Shown here in pieces: positions 62,552-64,000 of a stretch of 64,000 nt of DNA. Each line of letters starts with the position of its first letter. The stretch's first letter is position 1. The DNA comes from Octopus bimaculoides. Lineage: Eukaryota. The translations under genes were made by a program, and so were the position numbers. The notes under the pieces are model-generated. The model made no database searches and was not told the origin of the DNA. It saw only the letters and a list, made by a program, of their open reading frames with translations. The DNA lies in contig NC_068984.1 in assembly GCF_001194135.2 (NCBI RefSeq), forward strand, positions 140,895,861 through 140,959,860, read 5' to 3'.

Positions 62552-64000
62552 CTGTTTGTGATTGTGTTTGACCCCCTTCCATGCTAGCAAAACTAAGCAC
62601 CAGGGTGGATGCAACCAACTAACTCCCTCCCCACAAAATTTCAGGCCTTGTGCCTTTGGTAGAAAGAATTAGTATTATTATTAATGAAAGTATACAGTAT
62701 AACTGATCCATTACAGTCAATGATAGCAGTAGGTATCACACAAGATATTAGATAACTGGGCAGTTATCTAATACACATGTTCTTCAGGGATGTCAGGTAT
62801 GGAAACAATATGGTGACATGTGGTTTGTTGGGGCTGTGTCAAAGACAAAATGAAGTCACATGAAACAATGAAGTGAGAGCGTTATCTCGAATTAAGTCTT
62901 TTGGCTCACTTGGGCATTGTACCCTGGCTGAAATTCCATAAATGCTTTATTTCTTTCCAAGGTAAATTTAAGGTAAATATCCATAGATTTAAGACTTCTG
63001 ATAGGACCTTGCTTTTTTCAGACAAAACTAAGAATTTGTGAAGAGTGGGTAAAGATACATATGCACAGCTCTTTAATAACAGCCTCACACAAGTTTCCAT
63101 GAAGGTAACCCCTCAAGCTTTTAACCATGAGGCCAGAGAAATAACTTTGAGACTAGGTGTTGGGGATAAGATTGAAACACTAGCAAAAAGAGAGACCTAG
63201 ATAACAATCAAAGCCCATAAAACAAAAATTTACTTCTATCATCATCATCATCGTCCGCTTTCCATGCTGGCATGGGTTGGACGGTTTGACTATTACTTTT
63301 GCTACACACCACCACTCACATACCACTATCACCACTACTGTCCCTGCACAAAGGATCTGATATGTGGTTGCTTGACCTGCTAGAGGTAGCAGCCAAATCT
63401 TTAAAACTCACAACACCATCTTAAAAAAGTAAACATAGATGGAGGAGTGGCTGTGTGGTAAGTAGCTTGGTTACCAACCACATGGTTCCAGGTTCAGTCC
63501 CACTGCGTGGCACCTTGGGCAAGTATCTTCTACTATAGCCTCGGACCGACCAAAGCCTTGTGAATGGATTTGGTAGATGGAAACTGAAAGAAGCCCATCG
63601 TATATATGTACATATNNNNNNNNNNNNNNNNNNNNNNNNNNNNNNNNNNNNNNNNNNNNNNNNNNNNNNNNNNNNNNNNNNNNNNNNNNNNNNNNNNNNN
63701 NNNNNNNNNNNNNNNNNNCCCCACAACATCGCTTGACAACTGATGCTGGTGTGTTTACGTCCCCGTAACTTAGCAGCTCGGCAAAACGAACCGATAGAAT
63801 AAGTACTAGGCTTACAAACAATATGACCGCAGCATGACCGCAGCCACTTGGCTGAAACACATAAATAAATAAATAAGTCATGAGGTCGATTTTCTCAACA
63901 AAAGGCGGTGCTCCAGCATGGCCACAGTCAAATGACTGAAACAAGTAAAAGAACAAAAGAATAGGATTATGTGAGAAAAGAAAAAAAAAAAGAAAAGATG

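Overview
AT-rich, microsatellite-dense eukaryotic genomic DNA with roughly 5 kb of N gaps. The tRNA-derived SINE families and simple-repeat content look like octopus (cephalopod) DNA; this is inference from recalled repeat sequences, not a search. Most computed ORFs are microsatellite or N-gap artefacts. Supportable content: (1) a decayed, intronless minus-strand copy of a receptor guanylyl cyclase (TM, kinase-homology and cyclase regions, ~39.5-41.3 kb) split by a SINE with a TSD; (2) a probable first coding exon of an unidentified gene (49971-50141, +) behind a CpG-rich region with GTCACATGAC and CRE motifs; (3) six sequence-distinct minimal type-I hammerhead ribozyme motifs, four inside inverted-repeat (foldback) elements, as expected of Penelope-like element derivatives, which is the most interesting signal here; (4) many transposon relics: four SINE families, CR1, RTE, R4/Dong-like and CRE-like LINE ends, a Ty3/gypsy remnant nested in a hAT MITE, a solo LTR, and piggyBac, hAT, Helitron and Helentron derivatives. 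All alignments and folds were done by eye, and repeat boundaries are approximate.
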